Part shown: positions 10,141 through 19,899 of the stretch, in pieces
Numbering within the stretch: the first letter of the stretch is position 1
Layout of the letters: each line of letters starts with the position of its first letter
Assembly: GCA_963422645.2 (NCBI GenBank)
Contig: CAXXVO010000009.1
Location: forward strand, 406,378 to 470,377
Reading direction: 5' to 3'
Source: Alphaproteobacteria bacterium
Lineage (GTDB): Bacteria > Pseudomonadota > Alphaproteobacteria > UBA828
Length of the DNA stretch: 64,000 nt
Notes under the pieces: model-generated
What the model was told of the DNA's origin: nothing
What the model saw: the letters and a program-made list of their open reading frames with translations, nothing else
Databases searched by the model: none
Program-made: the position numbers and the translations under genes

Positions 10141-11142
10141 ATGAGCAAGGTCGGATTCGGCTTCCTCGATCATCCGGGGGTGCGCGAGCAGCTGAGGCTC
10201 GCCGCCAAGGCCGAAGCGCTCGGCTACGACTCGCTCTGGGTCACCGAGATCAGGCTTGCCCGCGACGCCATCTCGGTGCTGGGCGGCATGGCCGCCACTA
10301 CCGAGCGGGTGCGCCTCGGCAGCTGCATCGTCAACAGCTGGACCCGCGGCCCGGCGCTCATGGCCATGACCTTCGCCACCCTCGACAACCTCGCGCCGGG
10401 GCGGATGAACCTCGGCCTCGGTGCCTACTGGGACCCGCTCGCCTGGAAGCAGGGCATCGATCGCCGCAAGCCGCTCACCCAGATGCGCGAGTACGTGGGC
10501 GTCCTGCGCCGGCTGCTCGCACTGGAAGACGGCGTCACGCATGAGGGCGAGCTGGTCACGGTGCGCGATCTCACCCTCGACCTCGGCCACGGCGACCCGC
10601 GCACACCACCGGCCGTCAGGATCTTCATCGGCCCCACGGGGCCCCGCATGATGGAGCTCTCCGGCGAGATCGCCGACGGGGTGCTGATCAACGGTATCCT
10701 CTCGCCCGCCTACACCAGCCGCTCCCTGGAGCGGATCGCCGCAGGTGCCGCGCGCGCGGGCCGGACGCTCGCCGACGTGGAGAAGCTGCAGCTCGTCAAC
10801 ATCTCGATGAACGAGGACCGGGACAAGGCGCTCTACGATGCCAAGCGCGTGGTGACCCAGTACCTGGGCCAGCAGCCGCACTTCGCCAAGGCCTGGGAGA
10901 TTCCGGAGAATCGTGTCGCCGAGATTTCGCGCGTCATGGGCGGCTGGCCGCCCAGGCCCGGCGGCATCGAGGATGCCATGGCGCTGGTCGACGACGCGCT
11001 GGTGGGCGAGCTGATCGCCTACGGCACCCCGGACGAATGCGTGGCGAGCGCCCAGCGCTGGCTCGACACCGGGCTCGATCAGCTCATTCTGATTCCGCTC
11101 AGCCGAAACTACGACGAGATCCTGGAGGTCTTCGCGCCGTGA
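10141..11142 (+). CDS. LLM-class flavin-dependent oxidoreductase (Mer-like)
   Basis: AEALGYDSLWVTE, ATTERVRLG, GPRMMELSGEIADG, YGTPDEC. Confidence 0.88.
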   Translation: MSKVGFGFLDHPGVREQLRLAAKAEALGYDSLWVTEIRLARDAISVLGGMAATTERVRLGSCIVNSWTRGPALMAMTFATLDNLAPGRMNLGLGAYWDPLAWKQGIDRRKPLTQMREYVGVLRRLLALEDGVTHEGELVTVRDLTLDLGHGDPRTPPAVRIFIGPTGPRMMELSGEIADGVLINGILSPAYTSRSLERIAAGAARAGRTLADVEKLQLVNISMNEDRDKALYDAKRVVTQYLGQQPHFAKAWEIPENRVAEISRVMGGWPPRPGGIEDAMALVDDALVGELIAYGTPDECVASAQRWLDTGLDQLILIPLSRNYDEILEVFAP

Positions 11143-12425
11143 ACGCGGAGGCGTTGCGCGCCGCCGTGGACGCGCGGCTGCCGCTGGCGGACTCGCTCTT
11201 CGACGAGATCCGCGCGGCCAGCGCGGCGGAAGCCGGTGTGACCCGCCCGGCCTGGAGCGCCGAAGACCAATTCGCCAGTGACCGCATCGCGGACGCTGCG
11301 GTCGCGTTTGGGCTGGAGGCGGCTTACGACCACGCGGGCAACCTCTATTGCACGCTGCCGGGCCGGGACCGGCGCGCGCCTGCCGTCCTCACGGGCTCGC
11401 ACACCGATTCCGTGCCGACCGGCGGGCACTACGACGGGCTCGCCGGCGCGGTCGCCGGCCTCGTAGCACTCGCCGCGTTTCGCGATATCGGCTGGCAGCC
11501 GGGCTGCGACGTGTCCGCCATCGCCACGCGCGCGGAGGAAAGCGTCTGGTTCGGCATCCCCTTCATCGGCGCCCGCCTCGCGCTCGGCTCGCTCTCCCAC
11601 GACCACCTGGATTCGCTGCGGCGTTCTGATACCGGGCGCACGCTCGCGGAGCACATGGCGGCCCTGGGTCTCGATGCCGATGCGCTCCGCCGCGAAGAGG
11701 GACCCCGCCTCTCGCCCGCCAACGCCTGCGCCTTCCTGGAGCTCCACATCGAGCAGGGGCCGGTGCTGGTGGCGGAGGGCGCGCAGGTGGCAGTTCCCAC
11801 CGTCATTCGCGGCAATGTGCGTTGGCCGGACGCAAGTTGCCTCGGCCGCTACGACCATTCCGGTGCCACGCCCCGCGACCACCGGCAGGACACCGTGCTG
11901 GCCGCAGCCGAACTGGTTCAGGCGCTGGGGGCGTTCTGGATCGCGCGGGAGGAGAGCGGCGAGCCCGACACCGTGTTCACCGTGGGCAAGTTCTTCACCG
12001 ATGGCGCCCACCACGCTATGACGAAGGTTCCCGGCCGCTGCGACTTCACCCTCAACTTCGGCGGCACGAGCCAGGCCTTTCTCGATGCGTGCCGGGCCGA
12101 GGTCGAGGCCCGCGCTGTGGAGATCGCCGCGCGCCGGCGGGTTAGCTTCGACCTCGGGGAGTGCGTCGGCGCCGCGCCGGCGCCGCTGGATGCGTCGCTC
12201 CGCGCCGCACTCGAAGACTCGGCGGCGGCGCTGGAAATACCGACGCGGCGCTTCGCCACCGTGGGCCACGATGCCGCCGTCTTCCAACGTGCGGGCATTC
12301 CGGCCGCGATGGTGCTGGTGCGCAACGCCCACGGCAGCCACAACCCGGACGAGGCCATGACGCTCGACGACTTCGGCGCGGGCGTTGCGGTGCTCGCGGC
12401 CGCGATCGCACGGCTCGCCGCTTAG
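11139..12425 (+). CDS. M20-family Zn amidohydrolase (N-carbamoylase/allantoate amidohydrolase type)
   Basis: GSHTDSVPTGGHYDG, AEES, ELHIEQGP, GHDA, GSHNPDE; GTGA overlap with the LLM gene. Confidence 0.9.
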   Translation: MNAEALRAAVDARLPLADSLFDEIRAASAAEAGVTRPAWSAEDQFASDRIADAAVAFGLEAAYDHAGNLYCTLPGRDRRAPAVLTGSHTDSVPTGGHYDGLAGAVAGLVALAAFRDIGWQPGCDVSAIATRAEESVWFGIPFIGARLALGSLSHDHLDSLRRSDTGRTLAEHMAALGLDADALRREEGPRLSPANACAFLELHIEQGPVLVAEGAQVAVPTVIRGNVRWPDASCLGRYDHSGATPRDHRQDTVLAAAELVQALGAFWIAREESGEPDTVFTVGKFFTDGAHHAMTKVPGRCDFTLNFGGTSQAFLDACRAEVEARAVEIAARRRVSFDLGECVGAAPAPLDASLRAALEDSAAALEIPTRRFATVGHDAAVFQRAGIPAAMVLVRNAHGSHNPDEAMTLDDFGAGVAVLAAAIARLAA

Positions 12426-12447
12426 CGGCCCGCATGAGGAGCGAGGG

Positions 12448-12819
12448 ATGACCAACATTCACACCGGCGGCTGCCTCTGCGGCGGCGTCAGGTACCGGGC
12501 GACAGGCCCGCTGCGCCCGGTCATCGCCTGCCACTGCACGCAGTGCCGCAAGACCTCCGGCCACTTTGCCGCCATGACCTCGGTGCCGCTGGCCCGCTTC
12601 GCCCTCGAATCCGACGCGACCCTGGTCTGGTTCCACTCCTCGGAGATTGCGCGGCGCGGGTTCTGCAGCCGCTGCGGTGGCAATCTGTTCTGGGAGCCGG
12701 CGGGCGAGGGCCGGGTCTCGATCACCGCGGGTACGCTGGACGGCGCGACCGGGCTCGCCATCGAGCGTCACATCTTCACCGAGGACGCCGGCGACTATTA
12801 CGACGTGCCGGGGCACTAG
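12448..12819 (+). CDS. GFA family (CENP-V-like) Zn-binding protein
   Basis: GGCLCG...CHCTQCRK...RGFCSRCG motifs. Confidence 0.9.
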   Translation: MTNIHTGGCLCGGVRYRATGPLRPVIACHCTQCRKTSGHFAAMTSVPLARFALESDATLVWFHSSEIARRGFCSRCGGNLFWEPAGEGRVSITAGTLDGATGLAIERHIFTEDAGDYYDVPGH

Positions 12820-12831
12820 GAGAGAAGACGC

Positions 12832-14175
12832 ATGTACGACCTCGTGGTCCGCGGCGATCTCGTGCTCCCCGACCGCGTGCTCGCGGGCGGCTTCCTCGCG
12901 GTCCGCGACGGGGTCATCGGCGCGCTCGGCACGGGCGACGCGCCGGAGGCGGCGGAGACCGTCGATGCGGCGGGCCGGCTGATCTTCCCCGGCGTCATCG
13001 ACGGCCAGGTCCACGCCGGGAGCTGCGAGGGGATCGCGGGGCTCGGCGACGCTTCGATGGCGGCGGCGGCGGGCGGCGTCACCACCATCGTCGACATGCC
13101 CTTCGACGACCCACTGCCGGTCAACTCGGTCGAGCTGCTGCAGGCCAAGGTCGAGACGCTGGAACGGATCGCCCACGTCGACGTCGCGCTCTACGGCGCG
13201 CCGAAGAAGGGCGCGGATACAGAGGGCATCGCGGAGCTCGCCGACGCCGGGGTCTGCGCCTTCAAGGTGTCCACCTACGAATACCACCCCGTGCGCTTCC
13301 CCGGCTACGACATGGGCGAGCTCTACGAGCTGTTCCCCGCGATCCGCGACACAGGACTTTCCGTTGCCTTCCACAACGAGGACGCCGCGATTGTCCGCCG
13401 CCTGACGCAGCGCTTCCTCGACGAGCGGCGTAACACGCCGGAGAGCCACGGCGCCGGCCGGCCGGCGGTCGCCGAGGTGGTGGCCAATGCGGCGGTCTTC
13501 GAAATTGCGCGGGTGACGGGCGTGCGCTGCCACATCGTGCACAGCTCGCTCGCGCGCGGCATCGAACAGGCGAAGCGCTACCGCGAGGAAGGTGTCAGGG
13601 CCACCGCCGAGACCTGCGTGCAGTACCTGGTGTTCGAGGAGGGGCAAGTGCTGACCATGGGCGCCAGGCTCAAGCAGAACCCGCCCATTCGCCCGGCCCA
13701 TGAGCGCGAGGCGCTGTGGGAGAAGGTCGTGGCCGACGAGGTGGATTTCGTCTCGTCCGATCACGTCGCCTGGCCGCTCTCGCGCAAGTCGAACCCCGAG
13801 TTCTCGGAGAACGGCTCGGGCGTGCCGGGGCTGGAGACGCTCTTCGCCGCGCTCTACACCGGCATGGTGACCGAACGGGGGCTTGCGCCGAGCCGGGTGG
13901 CGGCGCTGCTCTCCGAGCGTCCGGCGCGGCACTTCGGCCTCTATCCGCGCAAAGGCGCGCTCACCCCGGGCGCCGACGCTGACTTCGCCATCGTCGCCCC
14001 CGCCCCCTGGACCTTCGATGCCGCCGGCATGGCGTCCCAGGTCAAGTGGAGTCCCTACGACGGCATGACCTTCGGTGCGCAGGTGACGAGCACGTACGTG
14101 AGGGGCACGCCGGTCTACGCCGCCGGCGAGGTCATCGGCACCCCCGGCACCGGCAAATTCGTTCGTCCGGTCTGA
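12832..14175 (+). CDS. Cyclic amidohydrolase (allantoinase/dihydroorotase/hydantoinase family)
   Basis: PGVIDGQVH, AAAAGGVTTIVDMP, NPPIR, SDH, GADADF. Confidence 0.88.
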   Translation: MYDLVVRGDLVLPDRVLAGGFLAVRDGVIGALGTGDAPEAAETVDAAGRLIFPGVIDGQVHAGSCEGIAGLGDASMAAAAGGVTTIVDMPFDDPLPVNSVELLQAKVETLERIAHVDVALYGAPKKGADTEGIAELADAGVCAFKVSTYEYHPVRFPGYDMGELYELFPAIRDTGLSVAFHNEDAAIVRRLTQRFLDERRNTPESHGAGRPAVAEVVANAAVFEIARVTGVRCHIVHSSLARGIEQAKRYREEGVRATAETCVQYLVFEEGQVLTMGARLKQNPPIRPAHEREALWEKVVADEVDFVSSDHVAWPLSRKSNPEFSENGSGVPGLETLFAALYTGMVTERGLAPSRVAALLSERPARHFGLYPRKGALTPGADADFAIVAPAPWTFDAAGMASQVKWSPYDGMTFGAQVTSTYVRGTPVYAAGEVIGTPGTGKFVRPV

Positions 14176-14226
14176 GAAAGAGCGCTTCAGCACATTTGAC
14201 TCGCGTCGTCGTCTGGAATGGATTGT

Positions 14227-14246
14227 TGCGCACAAAAATGTGCGCA
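14227..14246. promoter_or_regulatory. Perfect inverted repeat, putative HicB operator
   Basis: TGCGCACA-AAAA-TGTGCGCA ending about 43 bp upstream of the hicA ATG; type II TA operons are usually autorepressed at such palindromes. Confidence 0.65.
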
Positions 14247-14443
14247 TCTATTCTTGACCGATGCTGGCGACGCCTCACACTGTCGCGGCATGAACGGGAG
14301 GCAGTTCATCGCGAGAGTGCGCAAGTGGGCGAGGAGCCGAAATATTGAGGTGCGCTTCGTGGCATCCGAAGGAGCTGGTTCCCATGGAACGCTCTATGCG
14401 GGCAAGCGCAGAACCACCGTCAAGGACCGAAAGAAGGAAATCG

Positions 14444-16332
14444 GTAACTGCCCAGGTTCTTGCTGTGAAAATTCTCTGGGATTCGGCACAACGCTACCCA
14501 CGCGACGCCCGTGTGCTCCTCTGTGGTCGCCGGGTTTCACAGCTCACGATGCCCCTCTTGCGGACTGCGACCGGTAAGCTACCCCGATGTGGCCCGAAGT
14601 CCGCCCGCGCGACGGGCACCGATTTTCATTCTATGGGGTGGTCCAGCACGGCGTCGACCATGATCGTTTATGAGAATGGCTCCGCTGTTGGAGAACCCGT
14701 GCCAGGTGAGCTTACGCGCACTTGACGGTGGCGATGAGCCGATCCGATGGGCTGGTCAGGGCTTCGATGATATTCCAGCCCTGCTTTCTGGCGGTGGTGA
14801 TGACGCTGCGCAGGATGGCGAAGTTCTCGGCCCCCTGCGCGGACCGGAAGCCCCCGGAGATCTTCTGGCGCAGCTTCATCATCCGAAGGTCGCGCTCGGC
14901 CTCGTTGTTCGTGAACCCGACCTCGAGGTCGATCAGGAACCGGAGCACCGCGCATTTGTGGTCGCGCAGCCTCAAGGCCAGATTGTGACCGATCCTTCGC
15001 TTCCGGCGCTTCTTCCTCTTGCCAGGCGAGAACGGTGGTTGGCTCTCGTGAAAGGCCAGCGCATCGGCGATGATCTCGTCGTATCGGCGCTCGATCAGCG
15101 CCACAAGCCTCGCCGGAACGGCGATATCCTTGTCCAGCGCGATGCGGGCGGCGCGATTGGCTCGGCGCAGGAGCTGCTGCATCCGCCGGGCCCAAGCCTC
15201 CCCTTCGATGTCCACCAGCGCCTGCAACTCCCGCAGGTGATGGGCGTTGCACAGGCCGTGCTCCACCCCTTCCATCGCGAAGTACGGCTTCCAGTGATCG
15301 TGCACGACGATGCCGGAGACACCCGAGAGCAGGGCGCCGCGCTTGCCGCTGACCCGGTACGCCGCCAGCAGCGGCGTGCAGATCACATGAAGCCACTGCG
15401 TCTGACCGCCGATCCGCAAGCCGGTCTCGTCCATGTGTTTCACCCGCGCCGTGCCCGCCGCCAGGTCCTGTATGTGCAAGGCCGCGTCCCGCAAGCCGCT
15501 CGGCCGCCCTCTCGCTCATCGTCGCCAACGTCGCAGCCGTCACCGGCGCGCCGAAGAGCTCGGCCATCACCTGCGACAGCCGATCCTCCGGCAGGAAGTG
15601 AGCGTGCTGAAGGTAGACCGCCACCCCGGCAATGCGCGGGCCGTACTGCACCGGCGCCGACACCCCGTCGGGGAACGCCGCCCGGGTCACCGTCCCGCAA
15701 TGCCCGCAGCACTTGGCATGCGCCCGGTGCTCGGTCACCTCCAGGGGGCTCGGCTCGGGCAGATCGAACACCTGGCGGGCGACGGGCGTTCCCGCCCTGG
15801 CCGCGTCCGAAAGCGGCGAACCGCATCCCTTGCAGGAAGCCGGGACGTGATCCTTCACCCGATCCGGGTGATCGGCGCGGCGCAGCGTCTTGCCCTTGTG
15901 GCCGGGCTGGCCACCGGGCTTGCGGCCCGATTTGCCGCGCAGGCTTCGGGTTCGCCGCTTCGAATTCGGCTTCCTCAGCCCATCGCTCGAAGGCGGCTTG
16001 CCGCTGTTGCCGCTGTTGAGGCCGAGACGGCGCTCCAACTCCTCGATGCGCTCGACGAGACGCGCGACTTGCTCTTCCAGCCGCGCGTTCTGCTGCCGAA
16101 GCCAGGCATTTTCCTCCCGAAGCCGGGCGTTCTCCTCCTCCAGGCGGGCGATCTTCTGCGCGGGCGTTTCGGGCGCTGCTCCCGTCGAAGGGCCGCGCGG
16201 CGACTCGGGATTGCTCATGTCGTTGTTGAGTCATTTCCCGAAATTCCCGTCAAGCCCTTTCCACCAACTCCGAACGAGAAACGCCTCAATCCACTGGCCC
16301 AAAATGACAAATCAGACGACCTGGGCAGTTAC
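14444..16332 (-). mobile_element. IS66-family element (single-ORF, ISBst12-like)
   Basis: 14-bp TIRs GTAACTGCCCAGGT / ACCTGGGCAGTTAC; 8-bp TSD GGAAATCG at 14436-14443 and 16333-16340. Confidence 0.93.
14712..16218 (-). pseudogene. IS66 TnpC transposase with a frameshift near 15495
   Basis: The N-terminal part (coiled coil, NSGKPPSSD, GGQPGHKG, Zn finger) and C-terminal part (HMDETG, CNAHHLREL, TNNEAERDLR) lie in different frames. Confidence 0.85.
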
Positions 16333-16437
16333 GGAAATCGGCAAGGGACTGCTCGCCAAGATGCTCACCGACCTTGAGATCGACAGGGACGACTTCTAGG
16401 GAACGGAACGGCACAGGTGTCCCCGGAGACCGAACGC

Positions 16438-16875
16438 ATGCCTGACACCTACAACTATCCTGCCGAAATCGAACGCGACGAGGACGACCGGTATGTCGTC
16501 ACGTTTCCGGACTTCGGATGGGGTGCGACGGACGGCGCCACACGCGAGGAGGCGCTCCTCGAAGCCAAGGATTTGCTGCGCGAGCTGATCGCAACTGCGA
16601 TTCGGGAGGATGAGACCCTGCCGGAGCCGTCGCGCGCCGGTAAGGGGAGACCCCTGGTCGTCCCGCCGGTGCAGATCGCGCTGAAGGCGGCCCTTTACGA
16701 GGCTTGGCGCCAAGCCGGCATTTCGCAACGCAGCCTTGCTCGTGACCTCGATGTCGCCGAAAGCGAGGTGCGGCGAATGTTAAATCCGGAGCATCACACC
16801 AAGGCTGCAACGATGGATCGCGCCCTGCGCCAGCTGGGGAAGCGCGTGACCGTCACTGTCGGCGAGGCGGCCTGA
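16438..16875 (+). CDS. hicB: HicB-family antitoxin with C-terminal HTH
   Basis: YVVTFPDF...TDGATREEALLEAKD; ISQRSLARDLDVAESEVRRMLNP HTH. Confidence 0.9.
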   Translation: MPDTYNYPAEIERDEDDRYVVTFPDFGWGATDGATREEALLEAKDLLRELIATAIREDETLPEPSRAGKGRPLVVPPVQIALKAALYEAWRQAGISQRSLARDLDVAESEVRRMLNPEHHTKAATMDRALRQLGKRVTVTVGEAA

Positions 16876-16956
16876 TCCACTCCCATAGGCTCACAACGCT
16901 GAGGGAAATTGGGGTGGTCAAGAGCGGGGCCATCGTTGGCGGGCTCGTCTACAACC

Positions 16957-17685
16957 CTAGCTTGGTGCGTAGCTCTCGCGGGCGCCGAGGCTGGAGCCGC
17001 CGCAGACCATGATCGCCTGCCCGGTCACGAATGAGCTGCGCTCGTCGAGGAAGAACGCGATGGTGTGGGCCATGTCCTCAGGCGTGCCGATGCGGCCGGC
17101 CGGGATCGCGGCGAGCGCGGCCCTGGTGCGGGGCGAGTCCGGCGGGTTGGCCTCGACGTAGAGTTCGGTCGCCGTCGGGCCGGGGCAGATGCAGTTGACC
17201 GTGATGCCGTCGCCGCCGAGCTCCAGCGCCCAGGTGCGCGTGAGCCCGATCAGCGCCGCCTTGGTCGCGGCGTAGTTGGTGCGAAGCTCCTTGCCGCGCA
17301 CCGAGCGGCTGGAGACGTTGACGATGCGCCCGAAGCCTGCGGCCCGCATCCCCGGCGCCAGCGCCTTGGTGCACTGGATGGCCGAGCGCACGTTGAGCGC
17401 CATCAGGTAGTCGAAATCGTCGAGGGTCGCGTCCTCCAGCAGGGCCGGGCGCACGGCGCCTACGTTGTTGACGAGCCGCGTGATGGTGCGGCCTGCGAGC
17501 GCCTGCCCCAGCGCGCGAGCCGTGGCTGCGGTATCGGCGAGATCCACCGCCACGAACTCATCCACCGGGTCTTCCGGCTCCAGCACGTCGAAGACCACGA
17601 CCCGGCAGCCCTCGGCGCGGAGCCTCGCCGCCGTCGCCCGGCCGATCCCGCGGGCACCGCCGGTGATGAGGGCGAAATCGGTCGT
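16957..17685 (-). CDS. SDR-family oxidoreductase (probable non-canonical or mutated ACG start)
   Basis: The frame extends upstream of the ORF call to include ALITGGARGIG. NNVG, YAATK and VNCICPG are present. ACG at 17685-17683 follows a GGGAGG RBS. Confidence 0.82.
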   Translation of the reverse strand, partial: TTDFALITGGARGIGRATAARLRAEGCRVVVFDVLEPEDPVDEFVAVDLADTAATARALGQALAGRTITRLVNNVGAVRPALLEDATLDDFDYLMALNVRSAIQCTKALAPGMRAAGFGRIVNVSSRSVRGKELRTNYAATKAALIGLTRTWALELGGDGITVNCICPGPTATELYVEANPPDSPRTRAALAAIPAGRIGTPEDMAHTIAFFLDERSSFVTGQAIMVCGGSSLGARESYAPS

Positions 17686-17719
17686 CGCCCGCCCTCCCCT
17701 GCGCGTGCGACTGGCGGCC

Positions 17720-18823
17720 CTACTCCGCCGCGGCCCGCGCGCCGATGGAGGCGTTGACCTTTGGCATGACCTCTTCGGCGAGCAGCGACATGGAGCGCTT
17801 CATCCGCTCCTTGTCGGTCCAGTCCTGCGCGGTCAGCATCAGCGTGCCGAAGTGGCCGATCTCTTCCCTCAGCGCCAGGATCTTCTCGGCGACCGTCTCC
17901 GGGCTGCCGTAGATGGTGTAGCTGTCGCGGATCGCCTCGTGCGTGAGCTCGGCCGGGTCGTCGCCCTGGTTGACGACGAAGGGCCCCTTCATCTCGGCGC
18001 GCTCGAAGATCCTGAAGAGGTAGCTGAAGTACCAGTCGGTGCTGTCCTCGGCCTTCTTGACGAAGGCCTCGGCCGCCTCGTCGGTCTCGTCCACGTGCAC
18101 GTTGCGCGCGACGCGCCAGATCTCGGGGTCGGTCGAGTGGCCCGCCTTGGCCGCGGCATCGGCATAGACCTGCCAGTGGGACTTGGCCGACCAGGTGCCG
18201 ATGAAGTTGGCCGAGATCGGGATATAGCCGCGCGAGCCCGCGAACTTGATCGAGCCCGAGAAGGGGCTCATCGCCGAGATGGCGATGGGCGGATAGGGCT
18301 TCTGATAGGGCTTGGCCATGTAGCCCAGCCCGATATCCTCGTAGATCCAGTCCTTGAGGGAGATCTGCCAGTGCTTGCCGTCGTAGCTGTAGGGCGGATC
18401 CGAGGTCCAGATATCGACCATGATGTCGATGGCCTCGATCATCATCGAATTGCGGTCCGCGTCCATCACGCCGAAGACCTCGAAGTCGGGCGGCAGCCCG
18501 CCGGGGCCGAGGCCTGCGATGAAGCGCCCCTTCGCCAGGTGATCGAACATGGCGATCTGCCCAGCCGTCACCGCCGGGTGATACTGCGGCAGGCAGATCA
18601 CGCCCGTACCGGCGACGATCTGCTTGGTGTGCGGCAGGACGTGGGCGAGGAAGAGCAGCGGCGAGGTGATCTGCTCGGACTTGGAGCTGTAGTGCTCGCC
18701 GACCCAGGCCTCCGAGAAGCCGAGGCTATCGGCATGGATGATCGCCTCGATATCCTCCATGAGGGTGGTGTGATAGTCCCTCGTGTGATTGTGGATCGGC
18801 ATCATGAACAGGCCCAGCTTCAT
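17720..18823 (-). CDS. LLM-class flavin-dependent monooxygenase
   Basis: MKLGLFMMP...GFSEAWVGEH...PYQKPYPP...GSPETVAEK; GGAG RBS. Confidence 0.88.
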   Translation of the reverse strand: MKLGLFMMPIHNHTRDYHTTLMEDIEAIIHADSLGFSEAWVGEHYSSKSEQITSPLLFLAHVLPHTKQIVAGTGVICLPQYHPAVTAGQIAMFDHLAKGRFIAGLGPGGLPPDFEVFGVMDADRNSMMIEAIDIMVDIWTSDPPYSYDGKHWQISLKDWIYEDIGLGYMAKPYQKPYPPIAISAMSPFSGSIKFAGSRGYIPISANFIGTWSAKSHWQVYADAAAKAGHSTDPEIWRVARNVHVDETDEAAEAFVKKAEDSTDWYFSYLFRIFERAEMKGPFVVNQGDDPAELTHEAIRDSYTIYGSPETVAEKILALREEIGHFGTLMLTAQDWTDKERMKRSMSLLAEEVMPKVNASIGARAAAE

Positions 18824-18963
18824 CGATCTCCTCCCTTGCCCCGCGGCGATGTGCACACGAACCCTTGGCCCGCCCGTCACCGGGCAGCCGGGCGCACCAT
18901 ATACCATCGCATGCGCCGCCGCACGCTGGCGCAGGAAGCCCGTGTGACGCTGCGAGGCGTGGC

Positions 18964-19863
18964 GTGATCGGGGCTGGGGCCGTGCCCGCGCATGAGCGTC
19001 GACGGGCGCTGCGGGCGGCGCTCGCCAGCGGCGGGCTGCTGCGCTTCCCCGGCGCATTTGCGCCGATCGTGGCGAAGCTGATCGAGCGCCAGGGCTTCGA
19101 CGGGGCCTACGTCTCCGGTGCGGCGCTGGCTGCCGATCTCGGCCTGCCGGACATCGGGCTGGTGACTCAAAGCGAGGTCGTCGCCCGCGCGCAGGCGATC
19201 GTGCGGGCCTGCACTTTGCCTGTCATCGTGGACGTCGACACCGGCTTCGGCGCCCCGCTCAATGCCGCCCGCACCGTGGCGCTGCTGGAGGAGGCCGGCC
19301 TCGCCGGCTGCCACCTCGAAGACCAGGAGAGCCCGAAGCGCTGCGGCCATCTCGACCGCAAGACCCTGGTGCCGACGGCGGAGATGGTGCGCCGCGTGCG
19401 CGCAGGGCGCGAGGCCCAGCGCGACCCGGACTTCCTGCTCATCGCCCGCACCGACGCGCGCGGGCCCGAGGGGCTGGAAAAGGCGATCGACCGGGCCAAG
19501 GCTTACGTCGATGCGGGCGCGGCCATGATCTTCCCCGAGGCGCTGCAGGACGAGCGCGAGTTCGAGGCCTTCCGCGCCGCCGTCGACGCGCCGCTGATGG
19601 CCAACATGACCGAGTTCGGCAAGTCGCCCCTGCTCTCGCGCAAGGCGCTGGCGGGCCTCGGCTACAACTTGGTGATCTACCCGGTCACGACCTTCCGTCT
19701 CGCCATGAAGGCCGTGGAGGACGGGCTCCGGGACCTCGACGAGGGCGACGATCAGCCGGGCCTCGTGCCCCGCATGATGACCAGGGCGCACCTCTATGAC
19801 ATCGTGGACTACGCGGGCTACGGGCGCTTCGACAGCGCTGTCCGCGATTTTTCCGAAGAGTGA
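18964..19863 (+). CDS. prpB: 2-methylisocitrate lyase
   Basis: DVDTGFG, LEDQESPKRCGHL, IARTDAR, ANMTEFGKS. Confidence 0.85.
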   Translation: MIGAGAVPAHERRRALRAALASGGLLRFPGAFAPIVAKLIERQGFDGAYVSGAALAADLGLPDIGLVTQSEVVARAQAIVRACTLPVIVDVDTGFGAPLNAARTVALLEEAGLAGCHLEDQESPKRCGHLDRKTLVPTAEMVRRVRAGREAQRDPDFLLIARTDARGPEGLEKAIDRAKAYVDAGAAMIFPEALQDEREFEAFRAAVDAPLMANMTEFGKSPLLSRKALAGLGYNLVIYPVTTFRLAMKAVEDGLRDLDEGDDQPGLVPRMMTRAHLYDIVDYAGYGRFDSAVRDFSEE

Positions 19864-19899
19864 GCGCGTTCTACAATAGCGTCGGTTGAAGGGTCTCCG

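Larger units (their letters stand above)
14290..16399 (+). pseudogene. hicA: HicA-family toxin interrupted by IS66
   Basis: Joining 14290-14443 to 16341-16399 restores a 70-aa ORF (MNGRQFIARVRK...GAGSHGTL...KKEIGKGLLAKMLTDLEIDRDDF) with the HicA GSH motif, directly upstream of hicB. Confidence 0.88.

Noticed and set aside
12142-14247. Long antisense and alternate-frame ORFs (e.g. 701, 621, 612, 586 aa) across the window
   Set aside because: Shadow ORFs of GC-rich genes; Arg/Ala/Pro-rich and lacking motifs.
15485-15500. Programmed frameshift in IS66 tnpC
   Set aside because: No slippery A-run at the shift; a 1-bp indel (mutation or sequencing error) is simpler.
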